This document shows, piece by piece, positions 9,663 through 19,700 of a stretch of DNA of 25,047 nt. Source of the DNA: a virus. Lineage: Duplodnaviria; Caudoviricetes. The position numbers were made by a program, and so were the translations under genes. The DNA is taken from IMG/VR virus record IMGVR_UViG_3300031519_000203, positions 1 to 25,047 of that record. The stretch is one strand, 5' to 3'. The notes beneath the pieces were generated by a model, which did not search any database, was not told the DNA's origin, and saw only the letters and a list, made by a program, of their open reading frames with translations. Every line of letters begins with the position of its first letter. Positions within the stretch are counted from its first letter, which is position 1.

Positions 9663-10022
9663 TTAGATTGCAGTTAAACGTAATACTGTATCAGTTGAAT
9701 CGTCTTCAAGTGCCCAAGTATAACGGTTAGCAGCCCAGTCTGTAGCAGTTCTGTTAAAAAGTTTTTTAAGAACTACACGCTCGCCAGCAGTATTAAATGC
9801 TTCTAGTACCATTTGCCCTGCTACAATAGAAGCAGTTGCAACGTTTGCTAGTCTGCAAATAGCAGTAGCATTACCTGCATTATTGGAAACTGTGAATTTA
9901 TTTGTGCCTTTTTGATTTACGATATATGCTTGTTCGTCAACGCCGCCAACATATGCACGTACTGTGATGTTAGTGCCGTCTGCCGGATCACCAAGATATC
10001 TTTTATTTACTGGACGTCCCAT
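9663..10022 (-). CDS. Hypothetical protein downstream of the major capsid gene (119 aa, MGRP... start); possible capsid-associated protein
   Basis: ORF track; strong AAGGAG SD; has its own late promoter. Confidence 0.75.
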   Translation of the reverse strand: MGRPVNKRYLGDPADGTNITVRAYVGGVDEQAYIVNQKGTNKFTVSNNAGNATAICRLANVATASIVAGQMVLEAFNTAGERVVLKKLFNRTATDWAANRYTWALEDDSTDTVLRLTAI

Positions 10023-10109
10023 TTTTTTCTCCTTAATAGTTACGTTCTAGGTAATACGCGGATGGTGCCGCATAAGTCCTCATCTAGAGGTTCGTTCTCT
10101 ATGACAATG
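10023..10109 (-). promoter_or_regulatory. Structured 5' leader (candidate cis-regulatory RNA)
   Basis: Stems TATGCGG/CCGCGTA (10055-10074) and CCTC/GAGG (10078-10090); AGAACG repeated (10043-10048, 10093-10098). Confidence 0.45.
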
Positions 10110-10116
10110 TATTTAT
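10110..10116 (-). promoter_or_regulatory. Late promoter box ATAAATA
   Basis: tatttat on +, just downstream of the capsid terminator. Confidence 0.7.
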
Positions 10117-10135
10117 CAAAGTTTACTCAAGTCAT

Positions 10136-10162
10136 AAAAATAGGCCCCGTAGGGCCTATTTT
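10136..10162 (-). terminator. Rho-independent terminator after the major capsid gene
   Basis: Minus strand AAAATAGGCCC-TACG-GGGCCTATTTTT; C(UACG)G tetraloop plus U-tract. Confidence 0.9.
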
Positions 10163-10183
10163 ATTTTTCTATCTATTGCTAGA

Positions 10184-11356
10184 TTAGCTAAACGATACGT
10201 TACCGAATGTGTCAGCTAGACCAACTTTACCTAGGTAATCAGCAGCATTGCCTAGTGACGATGCTGTGTTGCTTAGTTCAACATATCCATAACGAGTCAT
10301 AAAGGATACGACTGGCTCGAATGTTGATGGATCTAGTACAACACCACTACTCATCAATGGAATGTAAGGGCAGTAGAATGCTGGTGCATCTGACTCGCTT
10401 GCGCCTTTGTATCCGATAAGAACGTCTGTACTGTCTGGTGCGTATGAATCAACATAAACTTTCATTGCATTGTTCAATGTACCAACAAACTTAGTGTTTG
10501 TAGGTGCTTCGAATGTGCCTTCAGTTGTACGTGCAAATGCACTAGTAGTTGCAGATTGTAGAATTGTTAGCGCGAAAGGCGAAACAACTGCGTAGTTACC
10601 TGCACCACGACGTGTACGCTGAGCAATAATGTTAGCAACACGGTTGATCTGAACTGCCAATGCGGCATGCTCGTCACCAACGAATGTAGCTGTACCGCTT
10701 ACAGTTGCTTGATTGTAATCAAGTAGAGCTGCGCCTGCTAGCGAACGTAAAGAAGCTAAAACTTCTTGGTCAATCTCAGCAGTGATCTCTTGTGCAAGAG
10801 CTGCCATGATTTCTGCTTCAATATCAATGCCATGCATTGATTGTGCATCTTGAGCAGCTTCAAAAGTCCAACGTGCGCTTAGTTTGCGTGTTTTGGCTTC
10901 TACAGTTTGCTTCAAGATTTGGATGGACATACGGTTACCCGCAACACCTTCCATTGATGCAGTTGCACTTGGTGCTGCATTTGATCCAGGTGCACCTGAA
11001 TACGCTTGAGCAATTTTGAATGGGCTTAGAGCTTCTTCACCTGCTGTTGCACCGTTTGATGTGTCGCTATAGCGAACACGTAGTGTGTGGATCTGACCCA
11101 CAGGACCAGTCATTGGTTGAACACCAACAAGCTCGTTTGCAATGACAGTTGGCATCACACGACGAATAACTGGAAGAATAACACGATTAAGTGTTGCGAC
11201 ATTACCGGCAGAAGTAGCGCCAGCTGTTGCGGATTCTGAAAGATACTTGCGGGTATTTTCCAAAGTTGTTTCCATAACAGCTTTCTTGTTGCCTTTTAGG
11301 CCCTCAACAAGTGCGCTTTTTGTTTCCTGCCAGCGACTTTCTAGTAGTTCTGACAT
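10184..11356 (-). CDS. gp23: Major capsid protein, T4 gp23-like
   Basis: LVGVQPMTGPVGQI, VEAKTRKLSARWTFEAAQD, AFYCPYIPL, FEPVVSFMTRYG are hallmark gp23-family motifs. Confidence 0.97.
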   Translation of the reverse strand: MSELLESRWQETKSALVEGLKGNKKAVMETTLENTRKYLSESATAGATSAGNVATLNRVILPVIRRVMPTVIANELVGVQPMTGPVGQIHTLRVRYSDTSNGATAGEEALSPFKIAQAYSGAPGSNAAPSATASMEGVAGNRMSIQILKQTVEAKTRKLSARWTFEAAQDAQSMHGIDIEAEIMAALAQEITAEIDQEVLASLRSLAGAALLDYNQATVSGTATFVGDEHAALAVQINRVANIIAQRTRRGAGNYAVVSPFALTILQSATTSAFARTTEGTFEAPTNTKFVGTLNNAMKVYVDSYAPDSTDVLIGYKGASESDAPAFYCPYIPLMSSGVVLDPSTFEPVVSFMTRYGYVELSNTASSLGNAADYLGKVGLADTFGNVSFS

Positions 11357-11366
11357 AATTGTCTCC

Positions 11367-12461
11367 TTAATTTAATCCAGCTAAACGACGAATGTCGATG
11401 ACATTCTCTTCGCGTGCTGTTCTACTAACGTTAGTTTCATTTCTGTTGCCTGTAATTTCTTTGCCTTCGGTTAATGTAGCCTTACGCTTTGCTGGAGTAT
11501 TTCCGTCGATAACCGATGGTAAGTACTTGCCAAATGAACTTTGCAGTTTACTTGTCTGTACAGATTCCAGTAAGTCTGTCATGATTTCGCGCTGGTCTTT
11601 GCTCAAAGGAGCAATTAAACCATGCATGATTTCTTTTCTTTGTGCAGATTCAACTAAGCGTGATTTCTCTTTATTAGTTGATTCTACTAGTGCTATTGCT
11701 TTAACAGCCGTTGCTTTTGCTTCTGCTAATTGACGATCTTTAGCATCGACAACTTTCATTAGCTTCGCTGTCTCTGATTTCTCATTGAGATAGCTGGTGC
11801 CGTATTCTGAAGCAAATGCTTCAAATAGCTTACGACCAAAGTCGTTTTTACGTGCAGTATCAATATCTTCTTTAAGTTGTCCAATTTCTCTATTAAGAGT
11901 TTTGTCAACAGTTTCTGATACCAATTTTGCACTTTTCTCGATAAACTTAGATTTAACTGCATTAATGTGTGCTTTACCTTCGCGGATTAAGCGCACTTTA
12001 GTTTCTGCTAAGTCTTTCTTATCTTCGTTGAACTCGGCGATTTCTTTAGCTAGAGCTTCAACTACAAATTCTTCAAGTTTAGAAAAGTTTTCAGCCATTC
12101 TAACTTGATCAGTATGTAGTTCCCCAACCTCTTTGCCTAACTGCTGCATTACAAAACCCTTTAGTAGTTTTGCGTTTTCACGCATTGCTACTGTATATTT
12201 TGCTTTTGCTTCAGCTAATTGTTTACGGTCTTCCGTAAACTCAGCAATTTCTTCGGCTAGTTTTTCTGAAATCATAGAATCAATTGCTTCAACCATAAGT
12301 GATTTGTCATGCTCATATTTTTGAGCAAACTCTTCACGTAGTTGAGCAGTTGCTTGCATCTTATTCTCGCGAATTTTTGCATTCCATGCTTCTTCGATCT
12401 GTGCTCTGACATCTTCGGAAACAACGTCGTTTTCAAATAGTGTTTTCAGTGCATCTATCAT
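11367..12461 (-). CDS. gp22: Prohead core scaffolding protein, gp22-like
   Basis: Coiled-coil Glu/Lys/Ala-rich 364 aa between the protease and capsid genes. Confidence 0.85.
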   Translation of the reverse strand: MIDALKTLFENDVVSEDVRAQIEEAWNAKIRENKMQATAQLREEFAQKYEHDKSLMVEAIDSMISEKLAEEIAEFTEDRKQLAEAKAKYTVAMRENAKLLKGFVMQQLGKEVGELHTDQVRMAENFSKLEEFVVEALAKEIAEFNEDKKDLAETKVRLIREGKAHINAVKSKFIEKSAKLVSETVDKTLNREIGQLKEDIDTARKNDFGRKLFEAFASEYGTSYLNEKSETAKLMKVVDAKDRQLAEAKATAVKAIALVESTNKEKSRLVESAQRKEIMHGLIAPLSKDQREIMTDLLESVQTSKLQSSFGKYLPSVIDGNTPAKRKATLTEGKEITGNRNETNVSRTAREENVIDIRRLAGLN

Positions 12462-12475
12462 TACTTTCTCCTAGT

Positions 12476-13099
12476 TCACTGGAGTTTGTTGATTATATTA
12501 ATCAACGATTCCTTTAAGTATTTTTGTGCCTTTGTGTCGTGTTTTGTTGCCTGCGCTAATTCGTATGCCTTATATCCGCCACGAGCGTTCATAAGGTGCT
12601 CATAGATTGGTGTAGGATATGCACCAGGGGCGCTAGGCTGAGCCACAACGTCCACAGTGATAATTTCAAAATCAGATACTTCACCGTTACCTGATTCACT
12701 TACGTTACCTGATCCCCTAGAGGAGACACCCAACTTAACACCTGCTTCAAGCATGGTTTTAATTAGCTGTCCCATAGGAGTAGGTAGAATTTTTAACTTA
12801 CCATAACCGTTTGCATCATCCATCCAGCATTGCTGAATCATATGACTTACACGATCTAAGTTAATATTAAGGCCTTCTGGATGATCAACTTCGCCGAGAA
12901 CACTATATCCTCCTTCAATTTGATCATTGAGAGTTTTGACAGCCCTACTAATTTCATTTACAGGATACACACGCTGGTTAGCATTGCGTATACCGCCCTG
13001 AATGATAATTCCCTTCATATAAAGGTCTTTACCTTCATTAGCAGACTCAACAACCATTTTTGCTTGGTCGAATGTCAAGTTCTCTCGTAAGTTAAACAT
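12476..13099 (-). CDS. gp21: Prohead maturation protease, gp21-like
   Basis: NANQRVYP, LGEVDHP, GVSSRGSG, TVDVVAQPSAPGA motifs (His/Ser/Asp of the prohead protease family). Confidence 0.95.
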   Translation of the reverse strand: MFNLRENLTFDQAKMVVESANEGKDLYMKGIIIQGGIRNANQRVYPVNEISRAVKTLNDQIEGGYSVLGEVDHPEGLNINLDRVSHMIQQCWMDDANGYGKLKILPTPMGQLIKTMLEAGVKLGVSSRGSGNVSESGNGEVSDFEIITVDVVAQPSAPGAYPTPIYEHLMNARGGYKAYELAQATKHDTKAQKYLKESLINIINKLQ

Positions 13100-13115
13100 A
13101 CCGTTTGTCCCTTAA

Positions 13116-14063
13116 TTACTTTGCTCTTCTAGGTGCGCCGTTTAACGGACTTCCAGCACCCTTGTCAGCAGTTTCGCCAGCGCCCTTTTTCTCTGCGCCA
13201 TGACCTTTTCCGTTTGCAGACATTGCTTTACCAGCTTTTCCGCCTGGAACATTAATGTTACCTGCGTTGTCTTCTTTTGGAGTTTGATTGTTTAGTGCTG
13301 AACCTTGCATTTTGCCTTTGCCAACTTCGCCAGTACTAGTTGTACCGCCTTTGGTCATGTTAGCAGTTGTTCCGCCCATATCATTTTTACCAGCTACAGT
13401 TGATTTTGTTTGTGCGCCATTGTCGCCCATTTTACCAAAATCTTTATATTGATCGCCGCCAATTTTCTCAACATACTCGCGCATTTGCTCGGTTGATGAT
13501 TTTTCTGTTGCTTCGTACTGGAATGCTTCTTCTTCTGGCTCTTCATCGTCAGCTTCTTCGTCGCCTTCTTCGTCGCCTTCTTCGTCGTCAGCTTCGTCGT
13601 CAGCTTCGTCGTCGCCCATCATAGCCGCAAATTCATCTTTCAATGCGTCAAGTGCTGCTTCTAAATCGTCAAGTGCTGCTTCTGCGCCGCCTTCTGATTC
13701 TTCTTCGCCGCCTTCTTCGTCGCCCATTGCTGGCATTTCTAAGTCGCCCATCATGTCGTCTGTTGGGTCTCCTTCTGTTGCCATTGGAGATATTTCTGCT
13801 TGGAATTCGTCTAATTCTTCATCAGTTGACTCGTCTAAGTCTTCGTCGTCTGAAGCTTCATCAACTTCTTCGTCGTCTGACTCATCAACTTCTTCGTCTG
13901 TTGTTTCATCAACTTCTTCGTCATCATCTGACTCGGATAGTAGTGCTTCGTAGATATCGCGTGATTTTTCAACTACGATTTCGTGAAATAGCTCTTCAGC
14001 GCCTTGTCTGTCTTCGTTGACTAGACGCTCAAGCATTTCTTCAAATTTACTTGTGTTTGACAT
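13116..14063 (-). CDS. Highly acidic prohead core/internal protein (positional analogue of gp67/gp68)
   Basis: 315 aa; long D/E tracts (DEEVDE repeats), Gly/Lys-rich tail; between portal and protease; AGGAG SD. Confidence 0.7.
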   Translation of the reverse strand: MSNTSKFEEMLERLVNEDRQGAEELFHEIVVEKSRDIYEALLSESDDDEEVDETTDEEVDESDDEEVDEASDDEDLDESTDEELDEFQAEISPMATEGDPTDDMMGDLEMPAMGDEEGGEEESEGGAEAALDDLEAALDALKDEFAAMMGDDEADDEADDEEGDEEGDEEADDEEPEEEAFQYEATEKSSTEQMREYVEKIGGDQYKDFGKMGDNGAQTKSTVAGKNDMGGTTANMTKGGTTSTGEVGKGKMQGSALNNQTPKEDNAGNINVPGGKAGKAMSANGKGHGAEKKGAGETADKGAGSPLNGAPRRAK

Positions 14064-14082
14064 GCTTTTTCTCCTGTAAAAA

Positions 14083-14120
14083 TATTTATATACCTATGGT
14101 AAGGCTGTCAATTGTATTTA
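14083..14120 (-). promoter_or_regulatory. Two late-promoter boxes (TATAAATA at 14083-14090; TAAATA at 14115-14120) flanking a small TACC/GGTA hairpin
   Basis: Direct motif match upstream of the core-protease-scaffold-capsid operon. Confidence 0.6.
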
Positions 14121-14152
14121 ACAAAGATGAGAAAAAATACATAGAAATAGGT

Positions 14153-14743
14153 TCAAAACGAGCCGTTTTGAAGTTTTGATAAGAAATCTTCTATAATTTC
14201 TGTGCTGTAGTTATAATTATTTAGTTCTTCTGGACAAAAGTTATCAAGTGCTATAACTCTTTTATAAGAAATATTTTGATTTTCTAATATAACATTACGA
14301 GTTTGTCTAAGCCAGTTTCCGTAATACGTAGAATTTGCATCTGTTGGTTTATAATTTTTTGTTCCTGAAAATATGTTATTAACCTTATCTTCGTTAATAC
14401 CTTTAAAATCAAATCCTAAAATATATATTGTTTTATGTTTATGTTGGCTAGCTAGCCACAGTGCTGTAGGACCGCTACTCCAACCTTTGCTAGGCTGAAA
14501 GAAATTTAGTTTTTCGTATTTTAAATGTCGTTTATTATTTTCATTTGTCCAAACTATATTCCTTAGTTGATAACCTGATTCACAAATTTCTACAATCATC
14601 TTTGAATCTACAGCTATTAAATAGTCAGGTGAAAACTCTCTGTATACTGCGTTGCACGCATATACAGATCCGTATTTTTTTAAGGATGTTAAATTAACTG
14701 GCAATCGACTAATGCCGTTGCCAACAACAAAGGCAATACTCAT
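14153..14743 (-). CDS. DUF115/MptE/sialyltransferase(CST)-like Rossmann-fold protein, putative glycosyltransferase
   Basis: FVVGNGISR, YACNAVYR, PDYLIAVD, SSGPTALWLA and IYILGFD follow the GNGxS / N / D / SG / IYLxGFD pattern of that superfamily. Confidence 0.6.
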   Translation of the reverse strand: MSIAFVVGNGISRLPVNLTSLKKYGSVYACNAVYREFSPDYLIAVDSKMIVEICESGYQLRNIVWTNENNKRHLKYEKLNFFQPSKGWSSGPTALWLASQHKHKTIYILGFDFKGINEDKVNNIFSGTKNYKPTDANSTYYGNWLRQTRNVILENQNISYKRVIALDNFCPEELNNYNYSTEIIEDFLSKLQNGSF

Positions 14744-14762
14744 ATAGTATATATTTGATTAT

Positions 14763-15008
14763 TTAAATTGCTGCTTCAGCATTGGCAGCAACGCCATACA
14801 TTTGACGGACAAAGTCGCGCTCTTTGGCTTTTTCTTCGTTGTGAAATTCACTAGCTTTACGCATTTTATTAATTTGCTTTAGTGTAAGACGAGTTTTACG
14901 TGTGTCATCATAGTCAATAGAGCTTTCGTCGGCAGCAAGATCAAGACTTTTGTCTTCTGTAGGCTCTAACGACTCTTTATCAAAATAATATAGTTCACGT
15001 AATATCAT
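14763..15008 (-). CDS. Small hypothetical head-module protein (81 aa, MILRELYYF...)
   Basis: The ORF track start (15137) overlaps the portal gene; ATG 15008 lies 4 nt after TATAAATA and just after the portal stop. Basic DTRKTRLTLKQINKMRK motif. Confidence 0.7.
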   Translation of the reverse strand: MILRELYYFDKESLEPTEDKSLDLAADESSIDYDDTRKTRLTLKQINKMRKASEFHNEEKAKERDFVRQMYGVAANAEAAI

Positions 15009-15012
15009 ATTG

Positions 15013-15020
15013 TATTTATA
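15013..15020 (-). promoter_or_regulatory. Late promoter TATAAATA overlapping the portal stop codon
   Basis: Exact T4 late consensus. Confidence 0.65.
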
Positions 15021-16761
15021 CCGTTTGCTCAGTATTCGGGTTCCCACCAATATTTGTATCAGTAGCTGTGCTTGGGCCTTCACCTTCACCGCCGTCAATT
15101 GGTGCTTCATCGTCTGGGATTTCTTCTTCGCCTGCACCTAAGTCGCCTTCGATGCCTGCGCCACTAATTCCTGCACTGCGCATTTCACCACTTGAATCAG
15201 TTTCAGGCATTTCTAAGTTTTCTTCGTTTTCTTCACGCCATAGTCTTTCGTTTTCTGCAATCTCTGTATCTGTCATACCTAAGAAACGAGACATTGCAAA
15301 ACGATTTGATATAAACGGTACTGCACTCATTGTTTGGAATGTAGGAATACGTGCATTATCAACTTCACTTTGACGATATGCTGCAAAATTCTGTGGTGGC
15401 TGGAATTCTAAATCAAACATTGCTGTATCAACGTTGATACCTTTTTCAAGCAAGTAGCGTTTAAATTCTATATTAAATTCTTCAGCTACTAATCCCTGAA
15501 GTCTTTTGCAATATTCATTGAATCTTAATTCTTGTATGTATGCTGTGCCCACACGTCCGTCATTATATTGTGAAGCTGAATCATCTGCTCCAGTTGGTAA
15601 GTACGAACTTGGGATACGTAATCCGCGTACCAGCTTATTAGTAAAGTATCTAAGGTCATCAATCTCTCCTAAGTTAGTACCGCCTGGCAGTGTTTCAACT
15701 TTAGATCCACGACCTTCTGCTGTTTGAGGGAAAAAGTAATCTTCGTTAATTGACAGTGGGTTGTAGCTTGAGTCTATGACATTAGTTCCGCCACCTGTCT
15801 TGGATGGGATTCTTCTTTGATGAATTTCCGTTTTAACACGCTCGACAAATTGCATAGCAAGGTGACTTGGCATATTACCCACATCAACGTAGAATACTCT
15901 GCGCTCTGGCGCACGTTGTACACGATAGATGATAATAGCATCTTCGAGTAATTCTTTTTGCTTAAAAACTTTAAAGATAGTTTCTAATAAACTATTTCCA
16001 AATGGAAAGTTGTTATCAAGCCCTTCTGACAGACTTAAATGAATAACATGTTCGGCATTAATTGCAACTTCGCCTTCTGCTTGTTGGAATCTATTTCCAG
16101 TTGTTGCTCCGGATACGTTACCAACCATTCCTCGTGCGCCGCCTGTTTGATAGTTAGCTGCTCCGCCACCTGTAATGTTTCCATTTGTCTGAAAAGGCGT
16201 TGTAGCAACCATTTCTCTAAAGTTTAAATTAAAGTCTTTAATGATATACTGCTCAGGCGTTTTGCCTTCGCTTTCGTTAACAATAATTCTGTTTACGTTT
16301 GCAGGATCGACATGAAACCATTTTTTAGTTTCTGGGTCTCGTACAAAGAATGCATCACCATATTTAAATACGTTGCGCATAATACGGAATAATCTTGTTT
16401 GAAAATTATTAAGTTTATTCCATTGTTTTAAGTATTGTTCTAGAATAGTAATTTCAACATTAGTTGCTTTTGTATTAAAATTTAATCTAAAACTTAAATT
16501 AGTTTCGCCGTGACGTTGTGTACAAAACTCAGCAAGAATATCTAATGCAGCATTTACTTCTGAATCCATATCCATAGTATTATACTGACCGTAACGGTCA
16601 ACTCGATTAGGAGTACCCATATACACATCAGGCAAATACGAACTGTAATTAGTACGAGCAGGTCCTGGTTGGTTTCCACCACGGGGTCCGCCAAGCGTAC
16701 TATAGCTGCCGTTCCCGCTACTACCTGTTTCTACAGGGGTAAAATATTTTTTCCAACTCAC
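15016..16761 (-). CDS. gp20: Portal vertex protein, gp20-like
   Basis: LEDAIIIYRVQRAPERRVFYVDVGNMP, EDYFFP, VETLPGG, ELRF motifs; GTG start with GAGGAG SD. Confidence 0.97.
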   Translation of the reverse strand: MSWKKYFTPVETGSSGNGSYSTLGGPRGGNQPGPARTNYSSYLPDVYMGTPNRVDRYGQYNTMDMDSEVNAALDILAEFCTQRHGETNLSFRLNFNTKATNVEITILEQYLKQWNKLNNFQTRLFRIMRNVFKYGDAFFVRDPETKKWFHVDPANVNRIIVNESEGKTPEQYIIKDFNLNFREMVATTPFQTNGNITGGGAANYQTGGARGMVGNVSGATTGNRFQQAEGEVAINAEHVIHLSLSEGLDNNFPFGNSLLETIFKVFKQKELLEDAIIIYRVQRAPERRVFYVDVGNMPSHLAMQFVERVKTEIHQRRIPSKTGGGTNVIDSSYNPLSINEDYFFPQTAEGRGSKVETLPGGTNLGEIDDLRYFTNKLVRGLRIPSSYLPTGADDSASQYNDGRVGTAYIQELRFNEYCKRLQGLVAEEFNIEFKRYLLEKGINVDTAMFDLEFQPPQNFAAYRQSEVDNARIPTFQTMSAVPFISNRFAMSRFLGMTDTEIAENERLWREENEENLEMPETDSSGEMRSAGISGAGIEGDLGAGEEEIPDDEAPIDGGEGEGPSTATDTNIGGNPNTEQTV

Positions 16762-16764
16762 GTT

Positions 16765-19700
16765 TTATACTCCTCGTTGAAGATCGCCACTTTTAACTGC
16801 TTTAGCAGTATCTTTGTGATATCCTCTACTTTCGTCTAAAATAGTTAATATTGATCTCATCGTAGTATTTAACAAATCTAGCTTTTCTGCACTTAAACCT
16901 GAGCCGCTACCACCGCCTATACTATCCATCTTACCAACAACGTCACCTGCATTAGTACCTGTACCAATACCTACTTTATTATCAGCACCTAGTTCGGCGT
17001 TCAATTCTCCTAATACATCAACTAACTGTTTCATAGCTTCAGTATACTGCAAGACACCCGAACTGTCAAGATTATTTAAAGTGTTAATTCCTGTTCCGAG
17101 ACTAGATGATGCTAGTGCATTAACTGAAGTTGCAAAAGAAGTTAAATCTGGTATGTTTGCTAAATCAGTTAGTCTTGATGCAAGATTTTTGTTAATTTCG
17201 ACATTGCTTATATCTTTAAATCCTTGCAATCCGGTACTCATTGCACCCATTGCTTCAGCGTTTATCTTAACACCGGCTGCGTTTATTTGTAAAGCACCAA
17301 ACTCTCTTAATTGATCAAACGGCGTATCACCACCAAACAAGCCACTTATTGCACCTGCAAAACTAGCAAATATCCCTTTTGTTGGCATCATTACAACACC
17401 GCTCATTGCTGCACTAAATGCAGCCATTGCTTCTGCATTAGTTTTAATAGCAGCTGAGTTTATTTCTAAAGCACCAAACTCTCTTAATTGATCAAACGGC
17501 GTATCGCCACCAAACAATCCACTTATTGCACCTGCAAAACTGGCAAATATTCCTTTTGTTGGCATCATTACAACACCGCTCATTGCTGCACTAAATGCAG
17601 CCATTGCTTCTGCATTAGTTTTAATAGCAGTAATGTCTACAGTTAATGCAGAAAACTTTACAAGTTGTGTAATAGGATCTTCGCCACCGAATAGTGCGCC
17701 AATACCGCCGGCTATTCCACTTACTAATGTTCCTAATCCTGAAACAGCGGAGCCGCCTGCGCCTACTGCCATTGCACTTGCAAATGCTGTCATAGCTTCT
17801 GCATTTGATTTAACAGCAGCAACATCAATATCATATGATGCAAATTTAATCATATCTTGGAATATATCGCCTTGGTCTTTGCCACCGAATAGTGCGCCAA
17901 TACCGCCGGCTATTCCGCTAATCATTGCTCCTAGTCCTTCTAAGGCCGCGCCGCCTGCGCCTACTGCCATTGCAGTACTAAATGCAACAAGTGCATCTGC
18001 ATTATTTTTAACTTTTGCGCCATCAATATCGGCTGCTGCAAATTTCTTTAACTGTTCAAGTGGATCATCTGCTCCAAATAATTTACCAATTGCACCTGTA
18101 ATTCCGCCAACCATTGCCCCGATGCCTGCTACTGCGGTGCCTGCTCCAAATGCTGCCATTGCTCCTGATAAAGCTAACATTCCAACTGCTGCTGATTTTA
18201 ATGCTGCACCGTCTAAATCTTCAAAGGATTTTAATCCGTCAACAAAGGTAGGAAGAGTTTTACCTAACATCCAAGCAGCAGCAGAAATTGCTGCGCCGAT
18301 TGCAACTACCACACCGCTGAATATCACAGCACCTGATAATACAGCTGGCGTAAATGCTTTTAATCCAGCTGCGGCACCTTTCATAACACCTGCGCCCATA
18401 TTACCTAAGAAACTACCAACACCTTTTCCTGCGTTGCCTGCTTTTGCTGCGCCTTTTCTTCCGTTATCGCCTTTTTCGCCACTGTCGCCTCCAAGCCCAA
18501 GAGCGCCTGTTATTTTGTTTCCTATTGTTTTGGTTGCAGCTCCGGCTAATGCTCCGACTACTGTCTTTGCTGCAAATAGTGCGCCTATACCAACAACCAT
18601 AGCAGCAATCAATCCTTTATTATTCCATAGCCCGCCTAGTGCATCTGTGAACAATCCCATTATAGCAGTTATTATATTTCCATCTGAAATATCTTTAACA
18701 AAATCTGCAACTGCTGTTGCTATTCCTAAAAACATTTCTGAAAACTTAACAAGCGCAGCACCTAGTGCATCTGCAAGGCCACTATCAACAAATGCTTCAA
18801 TAAGTTTTGTTCTTACCTTTTCAATTGCTTGTTGGAAGTTTGCCATTCCTGCATTAGTTTTGTCCTGTCTAGCCTGTTCTAAAGCAGCTTTCGCAGGATC
18901 AAAATTTGAATTAACAAAATCTCTCATTTGGTGAACACTGCCTAATAATTCACTAAAGCCTTCTTGCTGAAGTAGCGCTGATCTTTGTCCTGCATCTAAT
19001 CCATTAACAAACTCTAGTAATGCAGGGCCGCCAACGTTTTTAAGACTACTCATAAACTCTGTTGAATTAATATCGCCGCGCCCAAATGCTGCCGCTGCGT
19101 CTGCAACTGCCGGACTTAATGCAGCTAGTTTTTTACCTAATGCTGTTTGCGGAATTCCATCTGCCAAGTCCTCAATTGCATCACCAAATCCCGGCATTGT
19201 TTTTCTAACTGCTGCTAACCCTGCATTAAACTCTATTGCTTGTTTTTCAGTCATGTTAGCCATAAGAGCTTGTAAATTAGCTTTTTGCATATTTTGTTGC
19301 ATTTCAGCAGCAATTGCTTTTCGTGATTGCCCTGTGACTCTTGCAAGTTTGTCTATTTCTGTTAGATAGTTTTGAGATCCTTCAACTAATTGCTGTTGAG
19401 TCATTCCTTGCAATGTACCGTTACGAGATTGCAATTGTATATAATCACCTAGTCCTTCGTTAAGTTCTTCCATGGTGTAACCCATATTCATAAGTTTATC
19501 ACCAAAGCTTCCAACACGCAGTTGTTTTGATAATTGAGAAAACTGTGCAGCACCTTGAGACGCTGTTCCGCCTAACAATCTTAGCCTGTCAGAATTATTA
19601 GAAATCATACTCGAGAACTGATCAAGACTTAGCCCAGAGGAAGCTGCTTGTCTACGTACTTCTATTAAGCTGTTTCCAAATCCTGCGCCAACGTCGGATA

